Assembly (NCBI GenBank): GCA_018672235.1 | Contig: JABHGE010000023.1 | Location: 915-64,914, forward strand | Direction: 5' to 3' | DNA from: Fidelibacterota bacterium | GTDB lineage: Bacteria; Fidelibacterota; Marinisomatia; Marinisomatales; Marinisomataceae | Length of the DNA stretch: 64,000 nt | Part shown: positions 19,353 to 30,766 of the stretch, piece after piece | Numbering within the stretch: position 1 is the stretch's first letter | How the letters are laid out: each line of letters opens with the position of its first letter | Program-made: the position numbers and the translations under genes | Notes under the pieces: model-generated | Database searches by the model: none | What the model was told of the DNA's origin: nothing | What the model saw: the letters and a program-made list of their open reading frames with translations, nothing else

Positions 19353-20589
19353 TTTCGCCCTATTACTATTTATGACTATGTTATTTAGTCAATCAACGAT
19401 GAACGGATATGGCTATGGAATGTTTGCTCAAAATAATGATGCATCTACATTAGGTTCTGGATCCATAGGACTGCTACCTAGCTTTAAGACGGATGTGTCT
19501 CTAGGAAATCCTTCAACATGGCACAACTTATCATTTACATACTTAAGTACTTCTTTCGAAAGTCAGATCAATGAATTTGGTTCAAGCTCTGTTACAAATT
19601 CAGGATTAGCATCAGCAAAATTAATTATTCCATCTAAGAAGAAAATTTCATTTGGATTGGCATTTAAGCCATTATTTTCAAGAGAAATAACTGTTGTAGA
19701 TAGTACCTTTAGTGAGTTTATATTTGTTGAGTCTGATACGTTGCAGTATTCTCGATCTAACAGAGCAGGCGGAGGTTCTTCTATGGCTCAGTTTGCTGTA
19801 GGCTATAAGCTTACAGAAACAGATAATGTTGGATTAGGTGTAGATGTTGTATTCGGATCATCTAGATCTTCTCAGAACTTAATTATTGATTCAGATAATC
19901 ATTTATTACAATCTAGAGATTATTTTTCAGGCTCATTGATAGAGCTTTACTATACTACAAAACGTTTTTCATTTAAGGGTAAACCGTTGTCTCTATCCTT
20001 CAATTATAATTTCTCATTAAATGATATTGATGTAGAAAATGAGTCCTACCAGGCATTTCTAGACTTAAACTCAAATAATTATCACGATTCACAAGATTAT
20101 CCAAATGTTGCTGCTGCATTAATGCCAACTAAGGCTGTATTTAAAGATGAAATAGCAATAAGCGATTTTAAAGCAGGCATTGATTATGAGTTTGCTGAAA
20201 GATATCACGCTCAAATAGAACTGCAATCATGGAATAATGATGGAAATAATGCTTTATCTAACTCGCTTTATCCTGGATATATTAAAGGAAAAAGCAAAGT
20301 TAATATTGGATTTTTAAAATTTGCAAAACCTTACTCAAAAGATAAATTTCATTTTAGAGCAGGATTATCTTTTAGCGATTATGATGTCAAGAATCTTGAC
20401 AATGTTAAAGAAGTTGGTTTAGGTTTGGGAGTAGGTATTGAATTTGGTTTAATGAGAAACCAAATTGATATTAGTTATAATTTAGTAGATAGAAATAATA
20501 TACATAACATAGGAAGTGAAACTGTACAATCGTTCAATGTTGGAGTAAGTATTGGAGATTTATGGTTTGTTAAAAGAAGAAAAATATAA
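19339..20589 (+). CDS. Outer-membrane beta-barrel protein (FadL/PorV-like superfamily)
   Basis: Signal peptide, GNPSTW motif, alternating amphipathic strands, aromatic C-terminus DLWFVKRRKI. Confidence 0.65.
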   Translation: MLSRSFALLLFMTMLFSQSTMNGYGYGMFAQNNDASTLGSGSIGLLPSFKTDVSLGNPSTWHNLSFTYLSTSFESQINEFGSSSVTNSGLASAKLIIPSKKKISFGLAFKPLFSREITVVDSTFSEFIFVESDTLQYSRSNRAGGGSSMAQFAVGYKLTETDNVGLGVDVVFGSSRSSQNLIIDSDNHLLQSRDYFSGSLIELYYTTKRFSFKGKPLSLSFNYNFSLNDIDVENESYQAFLDLNSNNYHDSQDYPNVAAALMPTKAVFKDEIAISDFKAGIDYEFAERYHAQIELQSWNNDGNNALSNSLYPGYIKGKSKVNIGFLKFAKPYSKDKFHFRAGLSFSDYDVKNLDNVKEVGLGLGVGIEFGLMRNQIDISYNLVDRNNIHNIGSETVQSFNVGVSIGDLWFVKRRKI

Positions 20590-20604
20590 TAATTAGGTGA
20601 CAAG

Positions 20605-21942
20605 ATGAGAAATTATTTATGGACTATAATTGGTTTAATTATTCTATTCTCCGCATCCCTCGATGCTCAATGTAAAAGAGGAGAAAAGTTAAGAATTACA
20701 AATGATGTCGAAATCAAAGTAGTAGATTGTAGAGAAGCTACCAGATTAATCTATAACGATGGTTGGTATCCATATTCTATCGAAGACGAGAGAGAAGATA
20801 GATGTCCTCAATTAGCAAGTAGTTCTGCTGAATATTACAGAAGTAGTAATTGGGAGTTAAGTGCAAATGCTTATTCTGAAATGATGAACTTAAGATGCGA
20901 TCAATGGGACTCAGATTGGGTCAATCCAAATGAAGTTTATAAGTATTGGGCGGTTGCATTAGAGTATTTAGGAAAATTTGATGAATCTGAAAAAGTTCTA
21001 ATACAGGGCTTAGAAGAATTACCAGACGACACAGATTTGATGATAAGATTAGCATTTTCTTTCAAAAAACAAGGCAAAATGGATGAAATGATAATTGAAT
21101 ATGAGAGAATATTAGATGCCGGCTTAGAAGATTCAGATACATTGCGAGATTTAGCTTCTGCATATGGAGAGCAAGGAAGAATAGATGAGCAGGTATCAAT
21201 TCTAAAGAAAATTTTATCTTTTGATCCAAATAATTCTTCTATCCAGTCTGAATTAGCCAGAGTATATGAGGACTCCGGAGAAGACCCACTTGAAATTTTT
21301 AAAGCAAGATTTGAAGACAATCCAGAAAATGCTGCTTACGCTATAGAATATGCAGACAAGTTAATGAGCAATGGAGATGTCGAGAGTGCAATAGAAGCAT
21401 TAGAGAATACTTTAAGCTATAATGACAGTAATAATATGGTCTACCTTACTTTGGGTAATGCTTATAACGAAAACTCAGATTTTAAGGAAGCTGTTAAAGT
21501 TTTAGAAGATTTATTTGAGTTAGATCGTAATAACTATAGAGTTGCAATGTTGATTTCCGATAATAATATGGAATTAGATGAATTCGATGAGGCTTATGAA
21601 TGGGCATCAAAAGCATTAAAAGTATCTAAAAATAACGCTGAAAGCCTTGCTCATATGGGTAATTTATATTACAAGGCTATGAATGCATGTAGAGGTGATA
21701 CTTTTTCACGCAATGATAAGGCTATAGCTTCACTAGCATATAATTATTTTGAACAAGCACAGAAGAAGGGTAATTCTAAGTACTTTAAACAAAAAAAATG
21801 GCTTGAAGAAAATGATGTTCTATTTGGGCGCGCAGACTGGTTTATGCTTGATAAAGATATTCAAACTGCGGGAAAGGTATCTCCAGCAGGCAGATGCTAT
21901 GATTGGGTGAGCGAATCTCTTACAAAGAAAAGCGATTGGTAA
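20605..21942 (+). CDS. Exported tetratricopeptide-repeat protein
   Basis: Signal peptide; multiple TPR-like helix pairs ([35 protein letters not shown]). Confidence 0.8.
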   Translation: MRNYLWTIIGLIILFSASLDAQCKRGEKLRITNDVEIKVVDCREATRLIYNDGWYPYSIEDEREDRCPQLASSSAEYYRSSNWELSANAYSEMMNLRCDQWDSDWVNPNEVYKYWAVALEYLGKFDESEKVLIQGLEELPDDTDLMIRLAFSFKKQGKMDEMIIEYERILDAGLEDSDTLRDLASAYGEQGRIDEQVSILKKILSFDPNNSSIQSELARVYEDSGEDPLEIFKARFEDNPENAAYAIEYADKLMSNGDVESAIEALENTLSYNDSNNMVYLTLGNAYNENSDFKEAVKVLEDLFELDRNNYRVAMLISDNNMELDEFDEAYEWASKALKVSKNNAESLAHMGNLYYKAMNACRGDTFSRNDKAIASLAYNYFEQAQKKGNSKYFKQKKWLEENDVLFGRADWFMLDKDIQTAGKVSPAGRCYDWVSESLTKKSDW

Positions 21943-21946
21943 TCTT

Positions 21947-23233
21947 ATGTCTCATTTAAAGAATGAAGACAATCAAATTTTTACAATAATTAATTCTGAA
22001 TTCAATCGTCAAACTGATTTTCTTGAATTAATTGCTTCAGAAAATTTTACAAGTAAAGCAGTTCTAGAGGCTGCAGGCTCTGTTTTAACCAATAAATATG
22101 CAGAAGGATATCCTGGAAAAAGATACTATGGTGGATGTATTCATGTTGATGAAGCAGAAAATTTAGCAATTGATCGAGCTAAAACGTTGTTTAAAGCTGA
22201 ATATGCCAATGTACAGCCACATTCAGGCTCTTCGGCTAATATGGGTGTATTTTTAGCAATGCTTAACCCAGGAGACTGTATTATGGGCCTTGACTTAAGT
22301 CATGGCGGACATTTAACCCATGGGTCTAAAGTTAGTTTTTCTGGAAAATTATATAATGCAATAACATTTCATGTTAAAAAAGAAGATGGTTTAATTGATT
22401 TTGATGACTTACTTATAAAAGCAAGAGAGCATAAACCTAAAATAATAATTTGTGGAGCTAGCGCTTATCCAAGAACAGTAGAATTTCAAAAATTTAGAGA
22501 AATTGCAGATGAAGTTGGAGCTTTCTTACATGGAGATATTTGTCATAATTCAGGATTAATTGCCGCTGAAATGCATCCTTCGCCATTCCCATATTGCCAT
22601 GTTGTATCTACTAGTACTCATAAAACTTTAAGAGGACCAAGAGGTGGTATTATATTAATGGGTAAAGACTTTGAAAACCCATATGGTATTGTAGCGCCAA
22701 AATCAGGAAGAACAAAAATGATGTCTGAATTGTTGGATAGTGCAGTAATGCCCGGAATACAGGGAGGTCCATTAATGCATATTATTGCTGGAAAAGCAGT
22801 AGCCTTTAAAGAGGCTTTATCTCCTAAGTTTAAGGAATATATACAACAAGTACTCAGTAATGCTCAGTGTTTTTCAGAAGAATTTACAAGAAGGGGATAT
22901 GATTTAATATCAGGCGGTACAGATACACATTTAGTGCTATTAGATTTACAAAACAAATCTGTTTCAGGAAAACAAGCAGAAAATGCTTTAGATGAAGCCG
23001 GTATTACAGTTAATAAAAATATGATTCCTTTTGATCCTAAAAGCCCATTTGTTACTAGCGGTATTAGAGTAGGGTCACCAGCAATAACTACTAGAGGTAT
23101 GGGTAAAGATGAAGTGAAGATAGTAGTAGATTTGATGGATAGAGTTATTACAAATAGCGAAGATAAAAATGTTATTAGTTCTGTTAAGTCAGAAGTAAAA
23201 AAATTATGTAAATCATTTCCAATCTATGATTAA
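21947..23233 (+). CDS. glyA: Serine hydroxymethyltransferase
   Basis: [48 protein letters not shown]. Confidence 0.98.
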   Translation: MSHLKNEDNQIFTIINSEFNRQTDFLELIASENFTSKAVLEAAGSVLTNKYAEGYPGKRYYGGCIHVDEAENLAIDRAKTLFKAEYANVQPHSGSSANMGVFLAMLNPGDCIMGLDLSHGGHLTHGSKVSFSGKLYNAITFHVKKEDGLIDFDDLLIKAREHKPKIIICGASAYPRTVEFQKFREIADEVGAFLHGDICHNSGLIAAEMHPSPFPYCHVVSTSTHKTLRGPRGGIILMGKDFENPYGIVAPKSGRTKMMSELLDSAVMPGIQGGPLMHIIAGKAVAFKEALSPKFKEYIQQVLSNAQCFSEEFTRRGYDLISGGTDTHLVLLDLQNKSVSGKQAENALDEAGITVNKNMIPFDPKSPFVTSGIRVGSPAITTRGMGKDEVKIVVDLMDRVITNSEDKNVISSVKSEVKKLCKSFPIYD

Positions 23234-24083
23234 CCTCAAAATAAGAAATATATATATAGCTATTTTTATAGGCTTATTTTTTAATTCCTGTTCATCTAAT
23301 AAAGATCTAATGTTCGGAGCTAGTATAGCGGAATATGCTATACCAATTTCGTTTAAATCTCATCAAAAGAAGATTAAGAATGACTCATTCAATCCAGCTG
23401 TCTACTTAAGTGCCTCTAAGAGCTTAACTCAGTATTCCTATGGTATTCTTATGGAGAAGGCCGATAGGTTGATGTATGCAGATTATTATGCAGCAAGAGT
23501 GTATTATAGTAAATCATTAGACTTCTTTGTTACTGCAAGAGAATATACAATTAAAGCTTTGTCATTAAAGCATGCTGATTTTGAGTCAAAAATGATGAAA
23601 AAAAGGGATATAGATTTTAATATAGATGATGTTCCGTATTTATATTGGCTTAGCGGTTCGATGGCAGGATCGATACAGGCTAGTCAAGGAGATCCAGAAT
23701 ATTTAATTGATTTAAGTAATATCAGATGGTTGCTTGAAAACGCTATCATACTTGATCCAAGCTGGGAAAAAGGGTCATTATATGCTGCAATGATGAGCGT
23801 ATATCTCAATGATTTAAGTGGAGATAAAGACTCTGAAAGAAAAGCTCTAGAATATTTTGAGTTAGCTGATCGCGCAGCAAATGGATATAATATCGGTATA
23901 TATGTTACATTGGCTGAGAGTTTTGCTGTTTCGAAGCAAGATAAAGCATATTTTTTAGAGCTGATTAATAAAGCTTTGACAATCGATATTAGTAAAGATA
24001 AGGATATGAAGCAGGTAAATACGTTATCTAAATTAAGAGCAAAATGGCTGTTAACTAGGGTTGATGAACTTTTTTATATGTAA
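23226..24083 (+). CDS. TRAP transporter TatT component (TPR-like lipoprotein)
   Basis: Lipobox FNSC; [25 protein letters not shown]...[15 protein letters not shown]; directly upstream of dctP. Confidence 0.8.
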   Translation: MINLKIRNIYIAIFIGLFFNSCSSNKDLMFGASIAEYAIPISFKSHQKKIKNDSFNPAVYLSASKSLTQYSYGILMEKADRLMYADYYAARVYYSKSLDFFVTAREYTIKALSLKHADFESKMMKKRDIDFNIDDVPYLYWLSGSMAGSIQASQGDPEYLIDLSNIRWLLENAIILDPSWEKGSLYAAMMSVYLNDLSGDKDSERKALEYFELADRAANGYNIGIYVTLAESFAVSKQDKAYFLELINKALTIDISKDKDMKQVNTLSKLRAKWLLTRVDELFYM

Positions 24084-24092
24084 GTTTATGTA

Positions 24093-25073
24093 ATGAACTT
24101 TCTAAAAAATATTATTGTAGTAGTTTTTTTATCTGGACTTCTAATTTCAAAGCCAATCATTATTAAGCTTGCAACAGTGGCACCTGAAGGAACAGAGTAT
24201 TACAATCTGCTATTAGAGATGGGTCAAAGATGGCAAGAAGAGACTAATGGTGAGATACAACTACGTATTTATCCCAATGGCGTTGTGGGTGGAGAAATAG
24301 ATACAATTCGTAAGATGCGTATTGGTCAAATTCAAGCATCTGCGATGTCTTCAATTGGATTAGCTCGCCTAACAGATAGTATTCAAGCTTTTACATTACC
24401 TATGGGCTTTAAAGATTATAATGAAGTAGATCGAGTTAAAGATGCCATGTTTGATGATATTCATAGTGAATTATCTGATAGCGGATTTGAATTGTTGTTT
24501 TTAGTGGATATTGGTTGGGTATATTGGTTTTCTTCAGATGAGATTACCGTACCACAAGACTTAAAAGATTCAAAAATTTTTACATCAGCAGGTGACTATA
24601 TTACAGTAGAATTATTTAAAAAATTTGGGTTTAATGCTATACCTATGGCAGAAACTGATATTCTTACAGGATTACAAACTGGCATGATTAATTCAATGCA
24701 AACAGTACCTATTTTATCTGCTAGCTCTGGCTGGTCAGTATTGATGCCAAATATGCTAGACTTGAAGTGGGGTGCTTTTATTGGAGCTGTAATAATTGAT
24801 AATAAAGTTTGGTCAAAAATAAAACCTGAACATCAAAAAGCAATGATGGTTGTAGCGGACGATATTGGAAGAAAGTATCAAAAGAGTGGCAGAGAAATGG
24901 AAATTAAAGCTATCGATGCAATGGAAGAATATGGTATGAAGGTTAAGACCCCCAATAATGAAGAGTTGGAAGTTTGGGAATCGTTTAAAAATGAAATTAC
25001 TCCTGATGTAATTGATACATTCTTATCTGAGGAAATTTACAATAAAGTCACTTCAGCTATTGATGAACAGTAG
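24093..25073 (+). CDS. dctP: TRAP transporter substrate-binding protein DctP/TatP
   Basis: IKLATVAPEGT, IYPNGVVGGE, RKMRIGQ, PQDLKDSKI, LTGLQTGMI. Confidence 0.92.
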   Translation: MNFLKNIIVVVFLSGLLISKPIIIKLATVAPEGTEYYNLLLEMGQRWQEETNGEIQLRIYPNGVVGGEIDTIRKMRIGQIQASAMSSIGLARLTDSIQAFTLPMGFKDYNEVDRVKDAMFDDIHSELSDSGFELLFLVDIGWVYWFSSDEITVPQDLKDSKIFTSAGDYITVELFKKFGFNAIPMAETDILTGLQTGMINSMQTVPILSASSGWSVLMPNMLDLKWGAFIGAVIIDNKVWSKIKPEHQKAMMVVADDIGRKYQKSGREMEIKAIDAMEEYGMKVKTPNNEELEVWESFKNEITPDVIDTFLSEEIYNKVTSAIDEQ

Positions 25074-26862
25074 TCTTCTTAGTAAAGCAGAAAATTTTCT
25101 TTGTTATGTATGTTTTGCTATTATCGTTTCTTTTCCAGTTTTCCAAATTTTATCTAGGTTTATAGGATTTTTTTCAATCCCTGCTTCTCAAGAAATTGTA
25201 CAACACATGACTCTGTGGATTGCTTTTATTGGAGCAGTATTAGCTGCAAGATCTAATAGGCTTTTAGCTATTGTTAGAGAGCCAATATTCAATAAGTCTT
25301 CAGAATTTAGAATTAGTCATTTTTTAGTACATATGTGTTCGGCTGGAGTCGTCTTTGTTCTTGCTATTTCTTATTTAAAAATGATACAAATCGGGATAGA
25401 GTATCCAGAATTTATTGCTCCATTTATAACAGTATGGTTTGCTCAGAGTATTATTCCAGTTGGATTGCTATTAATCTGGTATCACATGATAATGACAAGT
25501 AGCAGTAGATTAAACTATCGCCTCTTATTGGTATTAGGGTCTTTTTTTATTGCTATAATTCTTTATTACTGGCAATTCCCATTTTCCAATGAAATGCTAT
25601 TAATAATGAAGGTTTTAGGGGTTATTGGGCTGGTAGCTTTTGGATTACCTATTTTTATTGTTTTAGCTGCTCTGTCAATACTTTTCTTTTTATCGGAACC
25701 TACAGAGTGGGCTACAAATTTTGATTTAATGTCGACCATCAGTGACAGCGCATACCGTATTGTAGTTTCCCCCACCTTAGCCGCTATACCTATCTTCACA
25801 TTGGCTGGATATATACTTGCTGAGAGTAATATTTCTAAGCGATTGCTCAATTTTTTTAAAGCATCACTAGGTTGGCTTCCGGGCTCAACAGTGCTCATTG
25901 TTGTTTTATTATGCGCTTTCTTTACAGCGCTTACAGGTGGATCTGGCGTAACAATCTTAGCATTAGGAGCCATTCTATATCCCATACTAATTGAAGATGG
26001 ATATTCTGAAATCTTTTCTTTGGGTCTGATTACGACCGCTGGATCACTTGGATTGTTATTTCCACCAAGTTTGCCAGCAATTATTTATTCTGTTACAGCT
26101 GGTATCAATCCGATTGAATTATTTAAAAGTGGACTTATTCCGGGCTTATTTTTGTTATTTATTATTGTTTGTTATGGGATATATCACAAGCCAAAGAGAC
26201 AAAAGAAGGTACAGTTCAATATAGAGGATTTAAGAAAATCTTTTCTTGATGCAAAATGGGAAGTAGTTATACCAATACTGATTATTTATGGTTTATTTAG
26301 CGGACTAGCAACATTAGTGGAGTGTGCTGCTTTGCTCGTTTGGTATGTTTTATTTGTTGAAGTTTATATTTATAGAGATATCCAATTTAAAGATATTCCT
26401 AAAATTATTATTGATTGTGCGACGTTAGTGGGAGGAGTATTAATTATTCTCGGATTTGCTATGGGATTTACAGGATATCTTGTAGATGCTCAAATTCCTC
26501 TAAAAATCTTACAGTTTGCAAAGACGTCTATTGATTCTCCTATAATGTTCTTGCTTGCTTTGAATATTTTATTGCTAATTGCTGGATGTATTATGGATAT
26601 TTTTTCAGCTATTATTGTGATAGTTCCTTTGATTGCTCCTCTAGCCATATATTTTGGGATTGATCCAATACATTTGGGTATTATTTTTATAGCTAATCTA
26701 GAGTTGGGTTATATTACACCTCCGGTAGGTATGAATCTTTTCTTGTCTTCATATCGTTTTAAAAAAGATATGCCCACTATTTATGCGGCTACAATGCCTT
26801 ACTTTTTCATAAGACTAATAGGAGTTTTAATTATAACATATATTCCTTTGTTCTTTTACTAA
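25063..26862 (+). CDS. dctM: Fused TRAP small and large permease (DctQ-DctM)
   Basis: N-terminal DctQ-like LWIAFIGAVLA; DctM motifs AIPIFTLAG, FTALTGGSG, GSLGLLFPPS, GYITPPVGMNLF; start taken at in-frame ATG 25063. Confidence 0.9.
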   Translation: MNSSLLSKAENFLCYVCFAIIVSFPVFQILSRFIGFFSIPASQEIVQHMTLWIAFIGAVLAARSNRLLAIVREPIFNKSSEFRISHFLVHMCSAGVVFVLAISYLKMIQIGIEYPEFIAPFITVWFAQSIIPVGLLLIWYHMIMTSSSRLNYRLLLVLGSFFIAIILYYWQFPFSNEMLLIMKVLGVIGLVAFGLPIFIVLAALSILFFLSEPTEWATNFDLMSTISDSAYRIVVSPTLAAIPIFTLAGYILAESNISKRLLNFFKASLGWLPGSTVLIVVLLCAFFTALTGGSGVTILALGAILYPILIEDGYSEIFSLGLITTAGSLGLLFPPSLPAIIYSVTAGINPIELFKSGLIPGLFLLFIIVCYGIYHKPKRQKKVQFNIEDLRKSFLDAKWEVVIPILIIYGLFSGLATLVECAALLVWYVLFVEVYIYRDIQFKDIPKIIIDCATLVGGVLIILGFAMGFTGYLVDAQIPLKILQFAKTSIDSPIMFLLALNILLLIAGCIMDIFSAIIVIVPLIAPLAIYFGIDPIHLGIIFIANLELGYITPPVGMNLFLSSYRFKKDMPTIYAATMPYFFIRLIGVLIITYIPLFFY

Positions 26863-26885
26863 TTTTTATTTATCTTTATCTCATT

Positions 26886-27821
26886 ATGAAAAATAAAAAT
26901 CTAATCATCGCAATTATTTTATTATCACAACTTGTTATGGCTCAAGGTCAAGCAGGTTCATTATTTTTATCCATAAATCCAGGTGCGAGAGCTAATGGTA
27001 TGGGAGAGGCTCAAATTGGAGTGGCAGATGATGCTTATGCTACATATTATAATCCAGCCGGCCTGATGAATCTTTCCAATACTCAAGCTTCTTTTATGCA
27101 CACTAGCTATCTGCCAAATCTAGTAGATGACATGGCATATGATTTTATTACATTTGCTACGCCATTTAAAGAAGATGCAGCAATTGGTGGTCATTTTACT
27201 TATTTAAATTTAGGAGACCAGGTTAGTACTGATGCAAATGGCGCTGAATTAGGTTCATTTTCTAGTTATATGTATGCGCTAAATGTATCATACGCTAAAA
27301 AAATTGACGAAGATTCATCTTGGGGTGTAAATGGAAAATATTTTTATCAAGAACTTGCGGTTATAAGCAGTCTTGATGCTTCTAGCAGTAGTGTTGCTGT
27401 TGATGTTGGTTATTTCAAACATAATGCAATGGATAATCCCAACTTAACAATGGGTGCTGTATTAACAAATCTAGGTCCAGGTGTTAGTTTTGGAGATGGA
27501 GAAGAAGATCCGCTGCCTACTAAGCTTGGTTTAGGCTTAGGTTATTTAGCTCTTGAAGGTAAAGCAAATATAGCGTTTGATTTAAACTATGAGATCAATG
27601 ACCAATCAATGGTTACTAATCTTGGTTTTGAATACTATCTTGTAGAAGATTTTGCATTAAGAGCAGGTTTTATCAATGATCCATCCGGCGAATTAAGCTA
27701 CACAACTTTAGGTCTAGGTGCTCGTATAGATGCTCTTGGATTTGATGTCAGTTATGTCATGGGTGGAGAGCTTGATCCACACTCAAATATGGTGAGATTC
27801 TCTTTAAGCGGCTCTTTCTAA
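26886..27821 (+). CDS. PorV/PorQ-family outer-membrane beta-barrel
   Basis: FLSINPGARANGMGEA, ATYYNPAGL, AVDVGY, LRAGF motifs. Confidence 0.8.
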   Translation: MKNKNLIIAIILLSQLVMAQGQAGSLFLSINPGARANGMGEAQIGVADDAYATYYNPAGLMNLSNTQASFMHTSYLPNLVDDMAYDFITFATPFKEDAAIGGHFTYLNLGDQVSTDANGAELGSFSSYMYALNVSYAKKIDEDSSWGVNGKYFYQELAVISSLDASSSSVAVDVGYFKHNAMDNPNLTMGAVLTNLGPGVSFGDGEEDPLPTKLGLGLGYLALEGKANIAFDLNYEINDQSMVTNLGFEYYLVEDFALRAGFINDPSGELSYTTLGLGARIDALGFDVSYVMGGELDPHSNMVRFSLSGSF

Positions 27822-27853
27822 TTCTGCGTTGAGATATCAAAATAATACCTAAT

Positions 27854-28597
27854 ATGAAATTTATATTCCTTTCAATGCTTTTCTTTATGGTCGGTTGTGG
27901 CTGGTCAAATCCCTTTGATGATAATATTCCCTATAAAACTAGATTTGAAGATGGATTAGAATTTTTTGAAGAGGAAAAATATCCAAAAGCAGCTCAACAG
28001 TTTAATATTATTGTTGAAAGAGCTTCCCATACTGACTTGGGAGATGACGCATTATTCTTTTTAGCTGAATCTTATTTTTTAGATGAAGACTACCCCTTTG
28101 CATTAATCGAATATGAAAAACTAGTATCTCGAATGGGATTTAGTCCTTACATCGAAAAAACTCGATGGAGAATATGCGAAACTCTAATGGCCTTATCTCC
28201 AAACTATTATCACGATCAAGAGTCTAGTAAAAAAGCTATAACAGAGATACAGCAATTCTTAGACGATTATCCTTCTTCCGACTATTCTTTTGGTGCCGAC
28301 AACCTGATTAAAGACCTTAGATTAAGGTTAGCTGAAAAGAGTATGGAAACAGGCGAGTTATACTTCAAGTTAAAGGCTTATGATTCAGCAATCGTTTCTT
28401 ATAAAATTGTAATTAATGAATACTATGATACACAATATTATAGGAATGCAAATCTAGAGGTAATACGATGTTTAGTTCTTCTAGATAAAGAAGAAGAGGC
28501 TAAAGAATTTTTAGACGGTCTAGATGCAAGCGATGAGTCGCTAGCTAACGACAGCTTTAAAGAAGCAGCTTCCCAGATCTTAAATAACAATTCTTAA
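27854..28597 (+). CDS. bamD: Outer membrane protein assembly factor BamD
   Basis: Lipobox VGC; TPRs; DQESSKKAITEIQQFLDDYPSS; RLAEKSMETGELY. Confidence 0.85.
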   Translation: MKFIFLSMLFFMVGCGWSNPFDDNIPYKTRFEDGLEFFEEEKYPKAAQQFNIIVERASHTDLGDDALFFLAESYFLDEDYPFALIEYEKLVSRMGFSPYIEKTRWRICETLMALSPNYYHDQESSKKAITEIQQFLDDYPSSDYSFGADNLIKDLRLRLAEKSMETGELYFKLKAYDSAIVSYKIVINEYYDTQYYRNANLEVIRCLVLLDKEEEAKEFLDGLDASDESLANDSFKEAASQILNNNS

Positions 28598-28609
28598 GGT
28601 AGATAGACT

Positions 28610-29191
28610 ATGAAAACCTGTATATTTGGTGGAACTTTTGACCCTCCTCACATTGGGCATCTTCTAATTGCTCAAACTATTATTGAATCTGAAAACTTCG
28701 AAAGATTAATATTCGTCCCTGCTAATATATCTCCCGCAAAAAAAGGGAAGGTTATATCCTCAACAAAAAAAAGATTAGATATGTTAAATATGGCGCTTAT
28801 TGGTAATGATAATTTTGAAATATCTGATTTTGAAATTAATAAGGGAGATATTAGTTATACTATCGATACAGTTACTGAATTTGCTGAAAACCGCAAGTTA
28901 GAAAAAAAAGATTTATACTTTCTTATGGGTAGTGATACTCTACGAGAGTTTCATAAATGGAAAGATCCTAAGAAAATAATGAGTTTATGCAATATTATCG
29001 TTGCAATTAGGCCGGGATTTACCCCTAGCGATATACCGCAATGGATATTAGATAGAGTACATTTTGCTAATATTCCTCAATTTGAAATTTCTTCGACCAA
29101 TATAAGAGCACGTTGGAGAGATGGAAAAACAATTAGATATATGGTTCCAAAAGATGTTTGGAAGTATATCAATAAGAATGGATTGTACTAA
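28610..29191 (+). CDS. nadD: Nicotinate-nucleotide adenylyltransferase
   Basis: FGGTFDPPHIGH, SYTIDT, FLMGSD, ISSTNIR. Confidence 0.96.
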   Translation: MKTCIFGGTFDPPHIGHLLIAQTIIESENFERLIFVPANISPAKKGKVISSTKKRLDMLNMALIGNDNFEISDFEINKGDISYTIDTVTEFAENRKLEKKDLYFLMGSDTLREFHKWKDPKKIMSLCNIIVAIRPGFTPSDIPQWILDRVHFANIPQFEISSTNIRARWRDGKTIRYMVPKDVWKYINKNGLY

Positions 29192-30120
29192 TGCTATCTA
29201 GCATATTTTTTCTTATAATAGGTTCCATAGGTCTATTTTATGGTTCAGAGTGGTTAGTTGACGGCGCAAAGGACATTGCAAAGAAGTTCAAAATTTCTGA
29301 TCTTGTAATTGGGTTAACAATTGTTTCTATAGGAACATCTTTTCCTGAGTTAGTGGTTGGTATTATCTCTTCTTTAGAAGGGCATGCTGATTTTGTTATT
29401 GGGAATGTACTTGGGTCAAATATTGCTAATATTGGCTTAGCCTTAGGATTGCCTGCGTTGTTTTATAAGATGGATTTTGAATACAAGAATGTAATATCAG
29501 CTTTTATGTATAATCTATTGGCATGCGGAGCCCTTTATTATATCATACTAGATAATCAGATTAGTTCCAGCGACTCTCAAATATTTTTATTTTTATTTGT
29601 TATTTATATCATTGCTAGTTTTTTAAGACCTAATATCACATCTTGCGGTAATGAGCTTGCAAACGAAGAAGATGTTTGTTTAAGGAAGGCCTTTGGCAGA
29701 TTAATTTCCGGATCCTTAATCTTATATGCTGGTTCTGAGTTATTTGTTTCAAATGGTGCAGCGCCTTTAGTGCGCGAGTTTGGATTTTCTGAAAAAGCAG
29801 TTGGCATGACTGTTGTTGCTATGGGAACGTCATTACCTGAGCTATTTGTCACCATGACAGCGCTTTCGAGGAAAGAGGTGGGTATATCGCTAGGAAATAT
29901 CATTGGATCGAATATTTTCAATATATTATTTGTTTTAGGTATAATAGGTTTAATAGGGCCTTTAGAGGTTAGCGATGTTTCTTTTGAATTATTCTTTGGA
30001 GTTGGATTGCTATTTTTATTAGCTTTTTTAAGTTTTTTTTATAAGGGTCTTAACAAATTATCTGGCTTTTTATTAGTGCTAATATATATCTTATTTCTTT
30101 ACCTTCAGTTCTATGGTTGA
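29191..30120 (+). CDS. Calcium/sodium antiporter (CaCA, YrbG-like)
   Basis: Duplicated alpha repeats GTSFPEL...GNVLGSNIAN and GTSLPEL...GNIIGSNIFN. Confidence 0.93.
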   Translation: MLSSIFFLIIGSIGLFYGSEWLVDGAKDIAKKFKISDLVIGLTIVSIGTSFPELVVGIISSLEGHADFVIGNVLGSNIANIGLALGLPALFYKMDFEYKNVISAFMYNLLACGALYYIILDNQISSSDSQIFLFLFVIYIIASFLRPNITSCGNELANEEDVCLRKAFGRLISGSLILYAGSELFVSNGAAPLVREFGFSEKAVGMTVVAMGTSLPELFVTMTALSRKEVGISLGNIIGSNIFNILFVLGIIGLIGPLEVSDVSFELFFGVGLLFLLAFLSFFYKGLNKLSGFLLVLIYILFLYLQFYG

Positions 30121-30766
30121 GTTTAAAAATATTACATACAACTACTCTTCAAAATCTGGAATTTATAATATTGATTTAAATATTCAAGATGATGAATTTT
30201 GTTTTTTAGTAGGTCCTACAGGGTCTGGAAAAAGCACCTTATTAAAACTCTTATACTTTGATCTTTTACCAGACAAAGGAAGTGTGAACGTATTAGGATA
30301 TTCATCTAAAAAGATAAAAAAGAAAGACATTTATAGAACAAGAAAAAAAATTGGAGTTATTTTTCAGGATTATAAACTCTTAAAACAAAGAACGGTTTAT
30401 GAGAATATAGCTTTGCCTTTACATATCAATGGGTTTGGAAGAAAAAAAATAGCTAATCTCGTAAGCGAGGCATTAGAATTAACTGAATTATCTCGCTATG
30501 CTAAGAAATTTCCTCATCAATTGTCTGGAGGAGAACAACAGAGAGTGTGTATTGCGCGTGCAATTGTGAAGAATCCAGATATAATACTAGCAGACGAACC
30601 TACTGGAAACCTTGATCCAACGGCAGGTCACAGAATTTTAAGAATATTAGAGCAAATCAATAAAGAGGGCACATGCGTAATAATGGCTACTCATAATTAT
30701 AAGTTAATAGCAGAAAAGCCATATAGGGTTATAGAGTTAGATCAAGGAAGGGTGGTAAGCGAATGA
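30113..30766 (+). CDS. ftsE: Cell division ATP-binding protein FtsE
   Basis: [42 protein letters not shown]; upstream of ftsX. Confidence 0.92.
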   Translation: MVEFKNITYNYSSKSGIYNIDLNIQDDEFCFLVGPTGSGKSTLLKLLYFDLLPDKGSVNVLGYSSKKIKKKDIYRTRKKIGVIFQDYKLLKQRTVYENIALPLHINGFGRKKIANLVSEALELTELSRYAKKFPHQLSGGEQQRVCIARAIVKNPDIILADEPTGNLDPTAGHRILRILEQINKEGTCVIMATHNYKLIAEKPYRVIELDQGRVVSE

